IMG/VR virus record: IMGVR_UViG_2548877019_000001
Location: 1-64,000 of that record
Strand: one strand, 5' to 3'
Source: an uncultured virus (IMG/VR IMGVR_UViG_2548877019_000001)
Lineage: Duplodnaviria > Heunggongvirae > Uroviricota > Caudoviricetes
DNA: 64,000 nt
Part shown: positions 47,344-56,007 of the stretch, one piece after another
How positions within the stretch are numbered: position 1 is the stretch's first letter
How the letters are laid out: every line of letters begins with the position of its first letter
Made by a program: the position numbers and the translations under genes
The notes under the pieces: model-generated
The model's input: only the letters and a program-made list of their open reading frames with translations
Told to the model about the DNA's origin: nothing
Database searches by the model: none

Positions 47344-49521
47344 TTAATCGTCTCCCTTCGTTTTGAACCATTCATCCACCGAGAAACCGTTTCCCCATCT
47401 TCGGCAAATCTCGATATCGGTCTTGTTCGGAATGTTGCCGAAAACGTACGTATTCAGCATGACATCCTCGAAATCTTTAACGTCTTCTCGCGTGATGGTG
47501 TCCGGAACTAAAAGCAGCGCTTCATCATGCACCACGCACCATATCCGCCATTCTCCGCGTCCTTCAGCCGTTTTCCTGTCACATAACTCTTGCAGCGCAA
47601 TCATCGTCGCTTTGGTCTGTATCGCTGCTGACCCCTGAACTCTTGCGTTAGTTGACTGTGTATAAACAGCCGAGTAATGGCCTTTGGCGTTCCGGTCCTT
47701 TGCGTCCGGTAACCGTCTCTTACGTTGGCCGCGATCCATCCAAACATATCCGTGCTTCTTAACGAAAGATTGATTCGTTTCGACCCACTTTTTGACGACC
47801 GGAAACCTTTCGAAGAAGTTGTCGAGGAACTTCTGCGCTTCTTTCTTCGATATTCCGATAGCGTCCTTGAGCATGTTCGCGCCACCCCCGTAAGCAACCG
47901 CAAGCATGATGACCTTCGCCTGTTTCCGGTATACTGATCCATCGCCGCATTCTTCGATCGGCTTATTGAAAACCTCCGAAGCGATTGACGCGTACAAATC
48001 GTTACCTTGCAAGTAGTTATCGACTAGCTTCGGATCTTGCGAGAAGTACGCCAGGCATCGGTATTCTTGCTGACTCCAGTCTCCGCCTAATATCGCGTAT
48101 CCTTTAGGAGCTACGAACATCTTCCGGGCTTCTTTCGGTTGGTTCTGTAGGTTTACGCCTGTTCCACCTGATGAGAACCGACCGGTCTTTGCACCGTTCT
48201 GATTGAAATTCGTGTAGAGTTTGCCGGTCCTCTTGTCGATTAATTCCGGCAAAGCGTTGATGTACGTTGAGTACAGTTTGAACTTCTCCTTATACTCGAG
48301 CAGCTTCTTAATGATCGGATGTTTGCTCGCAAGAGGTTTTAGGACTTTTTTTGCGTCAGTTGAGTCGAGCTTCTCTCCGGTTGCTTCTTCTAACGCTGGC
48401 TTAAGCTGCGCCGGCGAGTTAATGTTGATGTCGCCCAACTCGTCGATAATCTCCGCATACAAACGATCGATCTCCGTTTTGATCTCCTTACCGTATTCCT
48501 CCGCGAATTCCAGGTCGATGTCGAATCCGGTTGACTCAAGCTTCTGCACGACGCTGATTAACGGAACCTCGACCGTCTCATAGTAGCGAAGGATATCAGG
48601 AAACTTCTTCAGGTGTTCGCGTTGGAAATCGCGAAGCTTTCTCGTCACATCACCGTCTTTTGCCGCATACGCAAGCGCAATCCGAAGATCACTCACTTCG
48701 TTAAAGCCGATCTTTCCGAATAAGTCTTCGTATGTGTCAGATTTAATCCGCAGATATTTCGTGACGAGATTTTTCAGCGCAAAGGACGGCTCGTTTTCGT
48801 TAAGCAACCGCATCGCTTCCTGTGTGTCCCACGTAAGGCCACGCAATGTAATCCCTTCGCGATCAAGCATGTGAATATCGAACTTTGCGTTATGAGCGAG
48901 CTTTCCGATCGACTCATCTTCGTAAAATGGCCGCAGTTTTTCGACGACAAAGCCGTTACCCAATTGCGGATGATCCGTATTATGTTTCGTCGGGATATAC
49001 GCGTGGATGTCCGCTTTGATAGCCGTTAGCACATGGCCGACAATGCAGTCGTTCCATACGTCTGTACCTGTTGTCTCAACGTCGAATACGATCTCTTCTT
49101 CGTCAGCAAGCATCGCGAGGAATTCGTCTAGCCGCGCTTCGTCCGTAATCAGCCAGTAGTTTTCCGGTGTATTCTCGACCATCTTCCGTAAGGTTTCTTC
49201 TCGCTGGGATTCTTGAAGCGTCTTCCATAATCGCAGGGCCTCCGCCTTGCTGAACGCCTTCGGGTTTCCGGCCTTGTTCACGCAGTCAGACGGGTTCCTG
49301 GCGAGTTTGCCCGCGTCCATTGCCGCCTTGACTTCGTTTAATCGTTGACGGTCTGTTTCCGAAAGCTTGCTTGCGAATATGCGACGCCAGCTCTCCTCGA
49401 TCGGTTCGGCCGTTTTCGCCTTCTTCTTCCGCTTGGCTGTTTCGGCAACTTTTTCGTTCTTAACTTCGTCATTTTTAGGCGTCAAAGCGCTAAGATTCAA
49501 CCGTAGATTACCGAGTTCCAT
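47344..49521 (-). CDS. polA: DNA polymerase, family A, with 3'-5' exonuclease
   Basis: FDVETTG, HNAKFD, TGRFSS, DWSQQEYR, RKQAKVIMLAVAYG, VHDE. Confidence 0.96.
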   Translation of the reverse strand: MELGNLRLNLSALTPKNDEVKNEKVAETAKRKKKAKTAEPIEESWRRIFASKLSETDRQRLNEVKAAMDAGKLARNPSDCVNKAGNPKAFSKAEALRLWKTLQESQREETLRKMVENTPENYWLITDEARLDEFLAMLADEEEIVFDVETTGTDVWNDCIVGHVLTAIKADIHAYIPTKHNTDHPQLGNGFVVEKLRPFYEDESIGKLAHNAKFDIHMLDREGITLRGLTWDTQEAMRLLNENEPSFALKNLVTKYLRIKSDTYEDLFGKIGFNEVSDLRIALAYAAKDGDVTRKLRDFQREHLKKFPDILRYYETVEVPLISVVQKLESTGFDIDLEFAEEYGKEIKTEIDRLYAEIIDELGDININSPAQLKPALEEATGEKLDSTDAKKVLKPLASKHPIIKKLLEYKEKFKLYSTYINALPELIDKRTGKLYTNFNQNGAKTGRFSSGGTGVNLQNQPKEARKMFVAPKGYAILGGDWSQQEYRCLAYFSQDPKLVDNYLQGNDLYASIASEVFNKPIEECGDGSVYRKQAKVIMLAVAYGGGANMLKDAIGISKKEAQKFLDNFFERFPVVKKWVETNQSFVKKHGYVWMDRGQRKRRLPDAKDRNAKGHYSAVYTQSTNARVQGSAAIQTKATMIALQELCDRKTAEGRGEWRIWCVVHDEALLLVPDTITREDVKDFEDVMLNTYVFGNIPNKTDIEICRRWGNGFSVDEWFKTKGDD

Positions 49522-49546
49522 TCGCATCCTCCTTCCGCTTACGACG

Positions 49547-49714
49547 TTATAAATCTTCGCGGCTTACGTACTTCCGCTTGTATTCCGCCTCGTTATCCGC
49601 ATACCAATCCGACCAGCAAGCGTTGTCACAAAAGTACCGGTCGAAGAGCGAATCGTAGGTTACGGACTGCCCTTCGTTTATTACCCGGTTACATTCGGCG
49701 CAGATGGCGGCCAC
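49547..49714 (-). CDS. 55-aa zinc-finger protein
   Basis: Not in ORF track; CAEC...FCDNAC, GTG right after the upstream stop. Confidence 0.6.
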   Translation of the reverse strand: MAAICAECNRVINEGQSVTYDSLFDRYFCDNACWSDWYADNEAEYKRKYVSREDL

Positions 49715-50602
49715 TTACTCGTCGCCCTTTCGATCGAAACGCGCTTCGACTGGCGCTATTAGTTCGATGCTTGACTGATTTTCTGTGCAATTTCCGTGGT
49801 TCTGAGTAGCGACTTTTACGCGACCGTCCTCGCCGACAGCCACAACCTCGCAAATTTCCCCATCATATAAATACTGAACAATATCACCGACCTTATACTC
49901 GCCAACCTCGCGTCCGATTGCGGCCCATCTCTTACACTCTTTCACTTCGGCCTGCTTTCGTTTAGCTTCGGCAACCTCTTCGTCGGTGGCGCGAACGAGG
50001 GACTTTTCGTCTTCCCATCCGGCATACTCCCCGTTGACAAAAGCAAGCTTGAACGGAACCGCCGAATCATCGTCTTCTGTAATTTTGACGATATCCCCTC
50101 GGTCACAGCAGCCGTTCCGTGCAGTACCGACCACCTTCGCATAATCACCGACTTTCAGGCGTTCAGGCTTCGGCTCGGCGGCGCTAACTTTACGGTAGAC
50201 TTCGAATACTTCTCCATGGGTATCAAGATCGTATCCGTCGTCATCTATGATGATCGGATCCCCATAATCATCTACGAACTCAATCTCGTAATACTTCCCT
50301 GCGGTTAGATATCTGCTCGGAGCTTCGTCAAACTTAACGAAATCGCCCGCTTTCGCCTCGCTCTTGGCAATCCGTACGTACCCAGCCTCAGGTTCGCCTT
50401 TTAGTGCATCAACGTCGGATTTTAATGCCTCTATATCCTTTTCGTTTGTGCTGACGCGATCTTCTATTGACGGCTGGGATGCGGAGACTTTGCGGAACAC
50501 AGAACCCGCAATAAGCGCATTACCGTGCGCATCCTCTACTTCTGTGTACTTAGGCTTCTTAATTGTTGCTTCTGTACCGTATAAAACCTTTGCTCTTAAC
50601 AC
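49715..50602 (-). CDS. Modular phage protein with SH3-like repeats; 5' end uncertain, possibly truncated or chimeric
   Basis: AKAGDFVKF, LKVGDYAKV, YKVGDIVQY repeats; N-terminus lies in an AT-rich segment. Confidence 0.6.
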   Translation of the reverse strand: MLRAKVLYGTEATIKKPKYTEVEDAHGNALIAGSVFRKVSASQPSIEDRVSTNEKDIEALKSDVDALKGEPEAGYVRIAKSEAKAGDFVKFDEAPSRYLTAGKYYEIEFVDDYGDPIIIDDDGYDLDTHGEVFEVYRKVSAAEPKPERLKVGDYAKVVGTARNGCCDRGDIVKITEDDDSAVPFKLAFVNGEYAGWEDEKSLVRATDEEVAEAKRKQAEVKECKRWAAIGREVGEYKVGDIVQYLYDGEICEVVAVGEDGRVKVATQNHGNCTENQSSIELIAPVEARFDRKGDE

Positions 50603-50721
50603 GTCAAATGAGTACCCCTTTCCTTCCTTTTCAACTGCTTTAATAATGTTATTAACACTCTCTGTATAAGCATTGGTGAACTATCAGTGTGGCTTATGGT
50701 GTTTATTTCTGGAATGTAATA

Positions 50722-50880
50722 CTACTCGTAGTACGGTTTTGTGTAATCCATTACTACTCTTCCTCCACATGGACAATCTAATTTCATTACATTCCAACCG
50801 TCTTTCTTTTCTTTTTGAGGTTCTTTACCGCATTTATTACAATACATCGGAAGCATTAATTTTTTCTTCTTCGTCATCAT
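50722..50880 (-). CDS. 52-aa zinc-ribbon protein
   Basis: Not in ORF track; AGGTG RBS, CNKC...CPCGG. Confidence 0.55.
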   Translation of the reverse strand: MMTKKKKLMLPMYCNKCGKEPQKEKKDGWNVMKLDCPCGGRVVMDYTKPYYE

Positions 50881-51016
50881 TTTTCACCTACCAAAGTTAA
50901 TAAACGAGTTATATCTTCTGGCTTATGACCATCCCACTCTGGACTATTCGGAAATTCCGAAACGTTGAAATAATTCCAATAATCTAAGTGATTGTGATAT
51001 GTGTAATCACCTTTTA

Positions 51017-51280
51017 CTAAACCTCCTCAATTACAATTGATTTAACGTCTAATCCGTCATATCTCATAGCGTTATATATTCGTTGCCAATGGCTATTTAA
51101 GTTAGTCAAACCCTCACAAATTTTTGCTTCTCCTCTATCCGTCATGAAGAATATGACATTTGATTCTCCTCTGCTGGTGCACCAACCATCACTTGGTCGA
51201 GGGGTAGGCGTTGTATCTTCATGTTCTCCTGCATAATAAGAACCGTTCACTTTTATTAGATACGATTTCACTAAATCCAC
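51017..51280 (-). CDS. Hypothetical protein (AT-rich)
   Basis: 87 aa ORF, weak start context. Confidence 0.55.
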   Translation of the reverse strand: MDLVKSYLIKVNGSYYAGEHEDTTPTPRPSDGWCTSRGESNVIFFMTDRGEAKICEGLTNLNSHWQRIYNAMRYDGLDVKSIVIEEV

Positions 51281-51317
51281 CCCTTGCCTACAATGTAACC
51301 TAATAAATGTTTCGCCA

Positions 51318-51752
51318 TCATACCGCCTCCGCTTCGTTTTTAACTTCGTAAAGTTCCCGGTTAAGGGACAGCGGCAGTTCTACCCACCGCTTGCTCGCAC
51401 GATTAGTTGATTTCGCCCAATATTCGCGCTGATTTCCTTCGTTTTCAAACATCCAAACGCGAGGCATTTCGCCCGGATCACCCAATACGCCGATAAAATA
51501 ATCAACGTCGGACCGATCGTAAGGCTCGCCTTTTCCGTTCGTTGCGTATAGAACGAGTTCATTTTTGCGGTCAGGCCTACGTCGAAACGTTTTGACCTGA
51601 ACCTTGTATTCGCGACCATTCAGCGGGTCTTCCGCCTTGAAATCGTAAGGCTGCGCGAGTTGGGGGCGCGATACTGCGTACCCATTCGCTAACAGCGCCA
51701 ACTCTGCGACAACCTCCGAGTATTTTCCGACAACTTCGGTTAGATGCGCCAT
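51318..51752 (-). CDS. PD-(D/E)XK endonuclease (intron-associated/homing type, free-standing)
   Basis: GKYSE, GYAVSRP, PYDF, KVQVKT, DVDYF. Confidence 0.8.
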   Translation of the reverse strand: MAHLTEVVGKYSEVVAELALLANGYAVSRPQLAQPYDFKAEDPLNGREYKVQVKTFRRRPDRKNELVLYATNGKGEPYDRSDVDYFIGVLGDPGEMPRVWMFENEGNQREYWAKSTNRASKRWVELPLSLNRELYEVKNEAEAV

Positions 51753-51774
51753 TCAATCGTCCCCCTTCGTTTTA

Positions 51775-52566
51775 TTAAAACGGTAAAGTTTCTTCGTCGA
51801 CTTCTTCGTTATCTTTTTCGTTATCCGATCCGGCCCCCAGCGATAATCCGATCAGACTAATATCGAATCCTGCTGCGACTAGGTTTTCGATCTGCGTCTT
51901 CTCGTCAGCTTCGAATAGCAGGCCGTCGAACAGTTTTGCGTTGAATTCCTTACCGTCGAATTTAGCGAAGTTTGCGCGCTCCTGTTCGGTGAGATCTTCT
52001 TCGAAATCGATCAACGGAGTAAGGGAAACTTTCGTGTCTTTCGACTTACCTGTCGTATTGGTTTTCGTTAACTCAAAGGCGAGCTTTCCGAGTTTTTTTT
52101 CGTATTTCTTAATCGTCGCGTAGACGTCTTGAGCTTGATTTCGACTCAAGTCAACGATGATTTCTTTGCCGGACTCTAGATCGATGAATCCCATAGAGTA
52201 CCGCTCTTTTCCACAGTACTTCCACGCCTCTTCACCATGAGCCTTCGCTTCATCCTCATCACCGGCCTCTTTTGCTTTAAATTGGAGATCGCGGTAGTAT
52301 TTTTCGGCCAAGTCCCATGGTGTATGATCGCTCACAACGTACCCTTTTTCGTTCCTGGTAGAAGGGTTCCTAGCGACAAACGTATTAACCTTTTTGTAGA
52401 TGCCGTAGCCGTAGTACTGCATTAAGTCCTCGGCTCCAAGCACACGGACTTTATACGTAGTACCAACACCAAACTTAGCGAAATCGATCTTATTTAAGTT
52501 GCCACCTTCACCTCCACCGGCCTGTAATGCTGATAGCGCCGCCGCGCCTTTTTGAAATTGACTCAT
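51775..52566 (-). CDS. Single-stranded DNA-binding protein (gp32-like)
   Basis: KVRVLG, acidic tail ending EEVDEETLPF, position near PolA. Confidence 0.7.
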   Translation of the reverse strand: MSQFQKGAAALSALQAGGGEGGNLNKIDFAKFGVGTTYKVRVLGAEDLMQYYGYGIYKKVNTFVARNPSTRNEKGYVVSDHTPWDLAEKYYRDLQFKAKEAGDEDEAKAHGEEAWKYCGKERYSMGFIDLESGKEIIVDLSRNQAQDVYATIKKYEKKLGKLAFELTKTNTTGKSKDTKVSLTPLIDFEEDLTEQERANFAKFDGKEFNAKLFDGLLFEADEKTQIENLVAAGFDISLIGLSLGAGSDNEKDNEEVDEETLPF

Positions 52567-52726
52567 TCGATTTCCCCCTACGTTTTAATTTTGAGGCTTT
52601 TCGCCCTCGCAAAATGCCGGTACCTGCGTCCGAAACGCCGCCAGCGCTAAGCCGTAGCGACGCGACTCCGTTACTTAACGGCCGCCCCGACATTCTCCGA
52701 GCGCCGGGCCGCGATGTCCGCCGCCC

Positions 52727-52822
52727 TCATTCGCCTTCTTCGCGATTAACTTCGTAAATAAGTCTGCAAATACAAAGCGTTGCAATCACCGCAAATATTT
52801 CGAATAGCCATGCGTTAGACAT
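52727..52822 (-). CDS. 31-aa membrane peptide (MSNAWLFEIFAVIATLCICRLIYEV...)
   Basis: GAGGAG RBS, overlaps the upstream stop. Confidence 0.5.
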   Translation of the reverse strand: MSNAWLFEIFAVIATLCICRLIYEVNREEGE

Positions 52823-53339
52823 AGGCGGCGACTCCTCTCGCTGTACGCGTCAGTTCGCGTCTTATTTCGTGCGATTCCGCCGGTAATTCGTCCATACGCA
52901 TACGAACCGCATTAATTCGGGCCTGCAACGCCAATTTAGTCGGCAATGACCGGGCGCGCGACAAACGGTCTTCTAAATGTGCGATCTCTTCTTCGAGTTC
53001 ATCGCGAAACTTATCGATCCTAGCCACCTCTTCCGTAATTTGTTGCGACATTTTCGCAATTTCTTCCGCAATGAAGTTCGTCACCTTACGCCGAATACGA
53101 TTGATGCAGCCTTTATTCGGTGGGATCACGGTCTTAACAACGTCTGCATCTACCGCAAGCATGAACGTTGCTCCACGATGGGAATAAATCCGAGCATCTT
53201 CTCCATTGTCGTCCGGACCGATGCCGCAGTAAATCGCATTAGATAACATCTGAGACGCCCATGCTTCCGGCGTTTGCTTTCCGATCTTAAACCGTTGGGT
53301 AATTCGTTTCTTCGCGTGGTGGGATAACGTCGCTTTCAT
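52815..53339 (-). CDS. Hypothetical protein: RelE/DUF4258-like N-terminus plus coiled coil
   Basis: LSHHAKKRITQRF...VVKTVI; ATGA overlap. Confidence 0.6.
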   Translation of the reverse strand: MKATLSHHAKKRITQRFKIGKQTPEAWASQMLSNAIYCGIGPDDNGEDARIYSHRGATFMLAVDADVVKTVIPPNKGCINRIRRKVTNFIAEEIAKMSQQITEEVARIDKFRDELEEEIAHLEDRLSRARSLPTKLALQARINAVRMRMDELPAESHEIRRELTRTARGVAAYV

Positions 53340-53488
53340 CCGACCCTCACCGCCTGGATCGAAAGTGGACGGTAGTAGTCCGCCGGATCTTCGTCGGCTG
53401 GCCATGCGCCTTGATATAAAATTTCGGTTAGTTTGCGCGGATCTAGCGCAGGATACGTATTGGAATCGGTAATTTCGGGGATATTCAT
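53336..53488 (-). CDS. 50-aa hypothetical protein (MNIPEITDSNTYPALDP...)
   Basis: Not in ORF track; GGAGG RBS, ATGA overlap. Confidence 0.65.
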   Translation of the reverse strand: MNIPEITDSNTYPALDPRKLTEILYQGAWPADEDPADYYRPLSIQAVRVG

Positions 53489-53557
53489 AGTACGTTCGCC
53501 TCCATATTATTTAGGTAAAACGTACTAGTTCGGAAGGTGTGTTCGCATACTGTTCGC

Positions 53558-53586
53558 TTGTCTTTTGACAACAGATTGTATATGAT
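53558..53586 (+). promoter_or_regulatory. sigmaA-like promoter antisense to the sigma-like gene
   Basis: TTGTCT-17-TATGAT. Confidence 0.55.
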
Positions 53587-53635
53587 GAGGGTGTAGCGAT
53601 GCCTTCCGGGCTAGTTACGTTTCAGAAAGAAACCT

Positions 53636-54169
53636 TTATGCTGTTAGTTGGGTTTGGCAGCGTGATCGGAATCGTTGGATGAATCTGCAATGTGATCGAG
53701 CATTTCCTCCAAAACGTTGCGCCAACAACGTGGAGATGTCGGTATCATTCGTACATCCGCGAATCCAAGCTTCTATGATAAGTTTTTTTCTTGGGTCGTC
53801 CTGCGCCAACAGGGCGACCTTCTCTTTTAATAAAACCTTGCCTACGACGTTCGCCAAAACGTCTTCGGGTTCCCAAACTGTTCCATCCTTGTTTAACTCC
53901 TCAATAGCGACGTCGTTCTTTAATTTGCGCTTTTTCCCGCTTAAAAAATCAGTTCTCACATCTCTAATGATTTTTTGGATCAACGCCCTTTTATCACGTC
54001 CATTGTTCTCAAAAATCATTAGGGCTTTCCCTATCCGCCAGTAACACTCTTGTTCAAAAGAGGTTAAGTCCGGGATTAAGTGAGCGATTCTTTCTGACTC
54101 GCGAGTTACATAAGGCGCTGAACCACTTTTTAAGGCCGCCTTTATTCTATTGAATTGTTTCTCTTTCAA
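53636..54169 (-). CDS. Sigma-factor-like transcription regulator
   Basis: 177 aa helical protein; region-2-like SFEQECYWRIGKAL and region-4-like DPRKKLIIEAW..DTDISTLL..IQRFR; AAGGAGG RBS. Confidence 0.55.
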   Translation of the reverse strand: MKEKQFNRIKAALKSGSAPYVTRESERIAHLIPDLTSFEQECYWRIGKALMIFENNGRDKRALIQKIIRDVRTDFLSGKKRKLKNDVAIEELNKDGTVWEPEDVLANVVGKVLLKEKVALLAQDDPRKKLIIEAWIRGCTNDTDISTLLAQRFGGNARSHCRFIQRFRSRCQTQLTA

Positions 54170-54228
54170 TTTAAAATACCTCCTTGTTGCCCTACACTAT
54201 ATAACACGTAGGGACTATCAGTTTTTGC

Positions 54229-54270
54229 GACAAAACAACAAAAAATTTTTCATCTTTTTGTTGTTTTGTC
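54229..54270. repeat. 16-bp perfect inverted repeat upstream of the sigma-like gene
   Basis: GACAAAACAACAAAAA-10 nt-TTTTTGTTGTTTTGTC. Confidence 0.85.
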
Positions 54271-54313
54271 CTCTATATGAAAATCTTAGCATATTAGTCT
54301 TTGTTGATGTTCG

Positions 54314-54353
54314 AAATTGGGTGAACTCAAAAAAACTATTTTTTACCCAATTT
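54314..54353. promoter_or_regulatory. Candidate AimR operator
   Basis: AAATTGGGT-22 nt A/T-tract spacer-ACCCAATTT just downstream of the aimP terminator. Confidence 0.5.
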
Positions 54354-54368
54354 TCTAAGTTTTATATT

Positions 54369-54391
54369 AAAAAAAGCCACCGTTTGGTGGC
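54369..54391 (-). terminator. Terminator after aimP
   Basis: GCCACC-aaac-GGTGGC-TTTTTTT. Confidence 0.85.
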
Positions 54392-54403
54392 GACGGATAT
54401 ACA

Positions 54404-54535
54404 TTATCCTCCTACTTTTATGCCTGCGACTTTTACATCTTCATTGCCCTGTTGTTTATCTGTTGCCGCCGCATTATGAGGCAAAACTGCAAGAATCGCC
54501 CCTAAAACTAATCCCATCAATAAAACTTTCTTCAT
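54404..54535 (-). CDS. aimP: Arbitrium pro-peptide, 43 aa; predicted mature peptide GIKVGG
   Basis: AAAGGAGAGG RBS; MKK + hydrophobic signal peptide; ...VKVA|GIKVGG-stop. Confidence 0.85.
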   Translation of the reverse strand: MKKVLLMGLVLGAILAVLPHNAAATDKQQGNEDVKVAGIKVGG

Positions 54536-55649
54536 ATAAAACCTCTCCTTTTTTTTCGAATTTAAATGATTTGAGTTCTGATGCTTGTCTTTTGTCGATT
54601 CCAAGGGAAGGCAATACGTCCGCTATTAGTGATGCGAAGAAAAAGTTCATTTTTTTAAAAAAGTGCCCATACCCTCTATAAATCTTATCTACAGACTGAG
54701 CTTTTACGTAATCGAAAAATACGATAAAATCGTCATCACCTCCTAAAAGCATCTGATTACTTAATAAAGATGTATTTGGAATATCCCCACTCCTTTTGAA
54801 GTGGAAATAAATCTCCGCGAGTGTTAAATTATGTTCGGCCTCATTAATAATTAGCCTCTCTCCTGTCTTCCTCGCAGCTTCAACACTTTTTCTAAGAAAA
54901 TATAAACAATGCTCCTCTTGGTTTTCAGCTAAATGGGAGATTCCAAGGTAGTAATAACCATCTGACTCGTGCTTATCATTTAATTGTGTTTTTATCATAA
55001 CATTTGCATGGTGGCGACAAAGATCAAGTTCATTAAGGTGAAGGTATGCTGGCGCAAGAACTTCAGACAATCGGTAAGCGTAGCACTCTTTAAAGAACAT
55101 CTTTCTAACGCTCTTCATCCCGGATAACTCACGACTAATTCGTTCAGCCTCCTTGGTAATCTCGAAATAATCTTTCGTATAGTACATAGAGACACACTGA
55201 TATATTTGCTTCAAGATAGAGATCTCTTTACACCCGGAAGTCTTGAGGTTCTCAATTTTCGAAATCATCTCTTTAAATGATATCTCATCAGTCATGAAAT
55301 CGAGGATAATAGAATAAGCGTTAATATAAGATTTAAGGTAAGGATCTTTTTTATTTTCGGTAATAAGACGGCTCAACAGATTCGCGTCTCTTTTTATGGC
55401 CGAATATTCAAAAGCCTGTTTTATGGATTCCGTTGTATTTAATTGCAAACACCAGTCACGCATTTTTTCGTGATATTCTTCTTTAAAGAAATACCTCGCT
55501 AACTTAACAAGCTGTCTAAACCCTATTCTGTCTTCATTTTCTAAATCATATAAACAATCCCGATTAATACCTGTTTCTAAGGAAATACATGGTATACTTA
55601 ACCCCAGAGACTCTCTTTGATAGGTGAACTCATCTCTTATAGAACGCAA
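54474..55649 (-). CDS. aimR: Arbitrium receptor (HTH + TPR, RRNPP family)
   Basis: N-terminal HTH, IKQAFEY motif, TPR-like helices, about 390 aa, directly upstream of a secreted peptide gene. Confidence 0.85.
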   Translation of the reverse strand: MRSIRDEFTYQRESLGLSIPCISLETGINRDCLYDLENEDRIGFRQLVKLARYFFKEEYHEKMRDWCLQLNTTESIKQAFEYSAIKRDANLLSRLITENKKDPYLKSYINAYSIILDFMTDEISFKEMISKIENLKTSGCKEISILKQIYQCVSMYYTKDYFEITKEAERISRELSGMKSVRKMFFKECYAYRLSEVLAPAYLHLNELDLCRHHANVMIKTQLNDKHESDGYYYLGISHLAENQEEHCLYFLRKSVEAARKTGERLIINEAEHNLTLAEIYFHFKRSGDIPNTSLLSNQMLLGGDDDFIVFFDYVKAQSVDKIYRGYGHFFKKMNFFFASLIADVLPSLGIDKRQASELKSFKFEKKGEVLYEESFIDGISFRGDSCSFAS

Positions 55650-55751
55650 CCCCGACACCCCTTTTATGTGATTTACGTTTTGTTATATCTATAGTATACT
55701 ACAAGTGCACACTTTTGTGTGCGTAAAATTTTAGAAAAAGGAGATTTTTTT

Positions 55752-55961
55752 ATGATTAGTTATGAGCCTCTGAGGTCATACCTAAAAGAACGTGGACAAA
55801 CAACTGGAATACTAAGGGACAAGGTAATCCATCGCAACTTGGTGACTAAAATTAATGACGATAAGCATGTTAGCTTAGCAACGATTGAAACCATATGTCT
55901 TTATTTAGGAGTACCTATTGAGAAGGTCATTAAAATAGTTCCTGATAACGTAGAAAAATAA
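55752..55961 (+). CDS. Cro/CI-type HTH regulator divergent from aimR
   Basis: MISYEPL...VSLATIETICLYLGVPIEKVI. Confidence 0.88.
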   Translation: MISYEPLRSYLKERGQTTGILRDKVIHRNLVTKINDDKHVSLATIETICLYLGVPIEKVIKIVPDNVEK

Positions 55962-56007
55962 CGATATTTAAGCTATAATTTCCCCGTAAAGCAAAAGCTT
56001 TGCGGAG

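Noticed and set aside
54404..54604. 66-aa ORF-track version of aimP
   Set aside because: A strong RBS and signal peptide place the start at 54535
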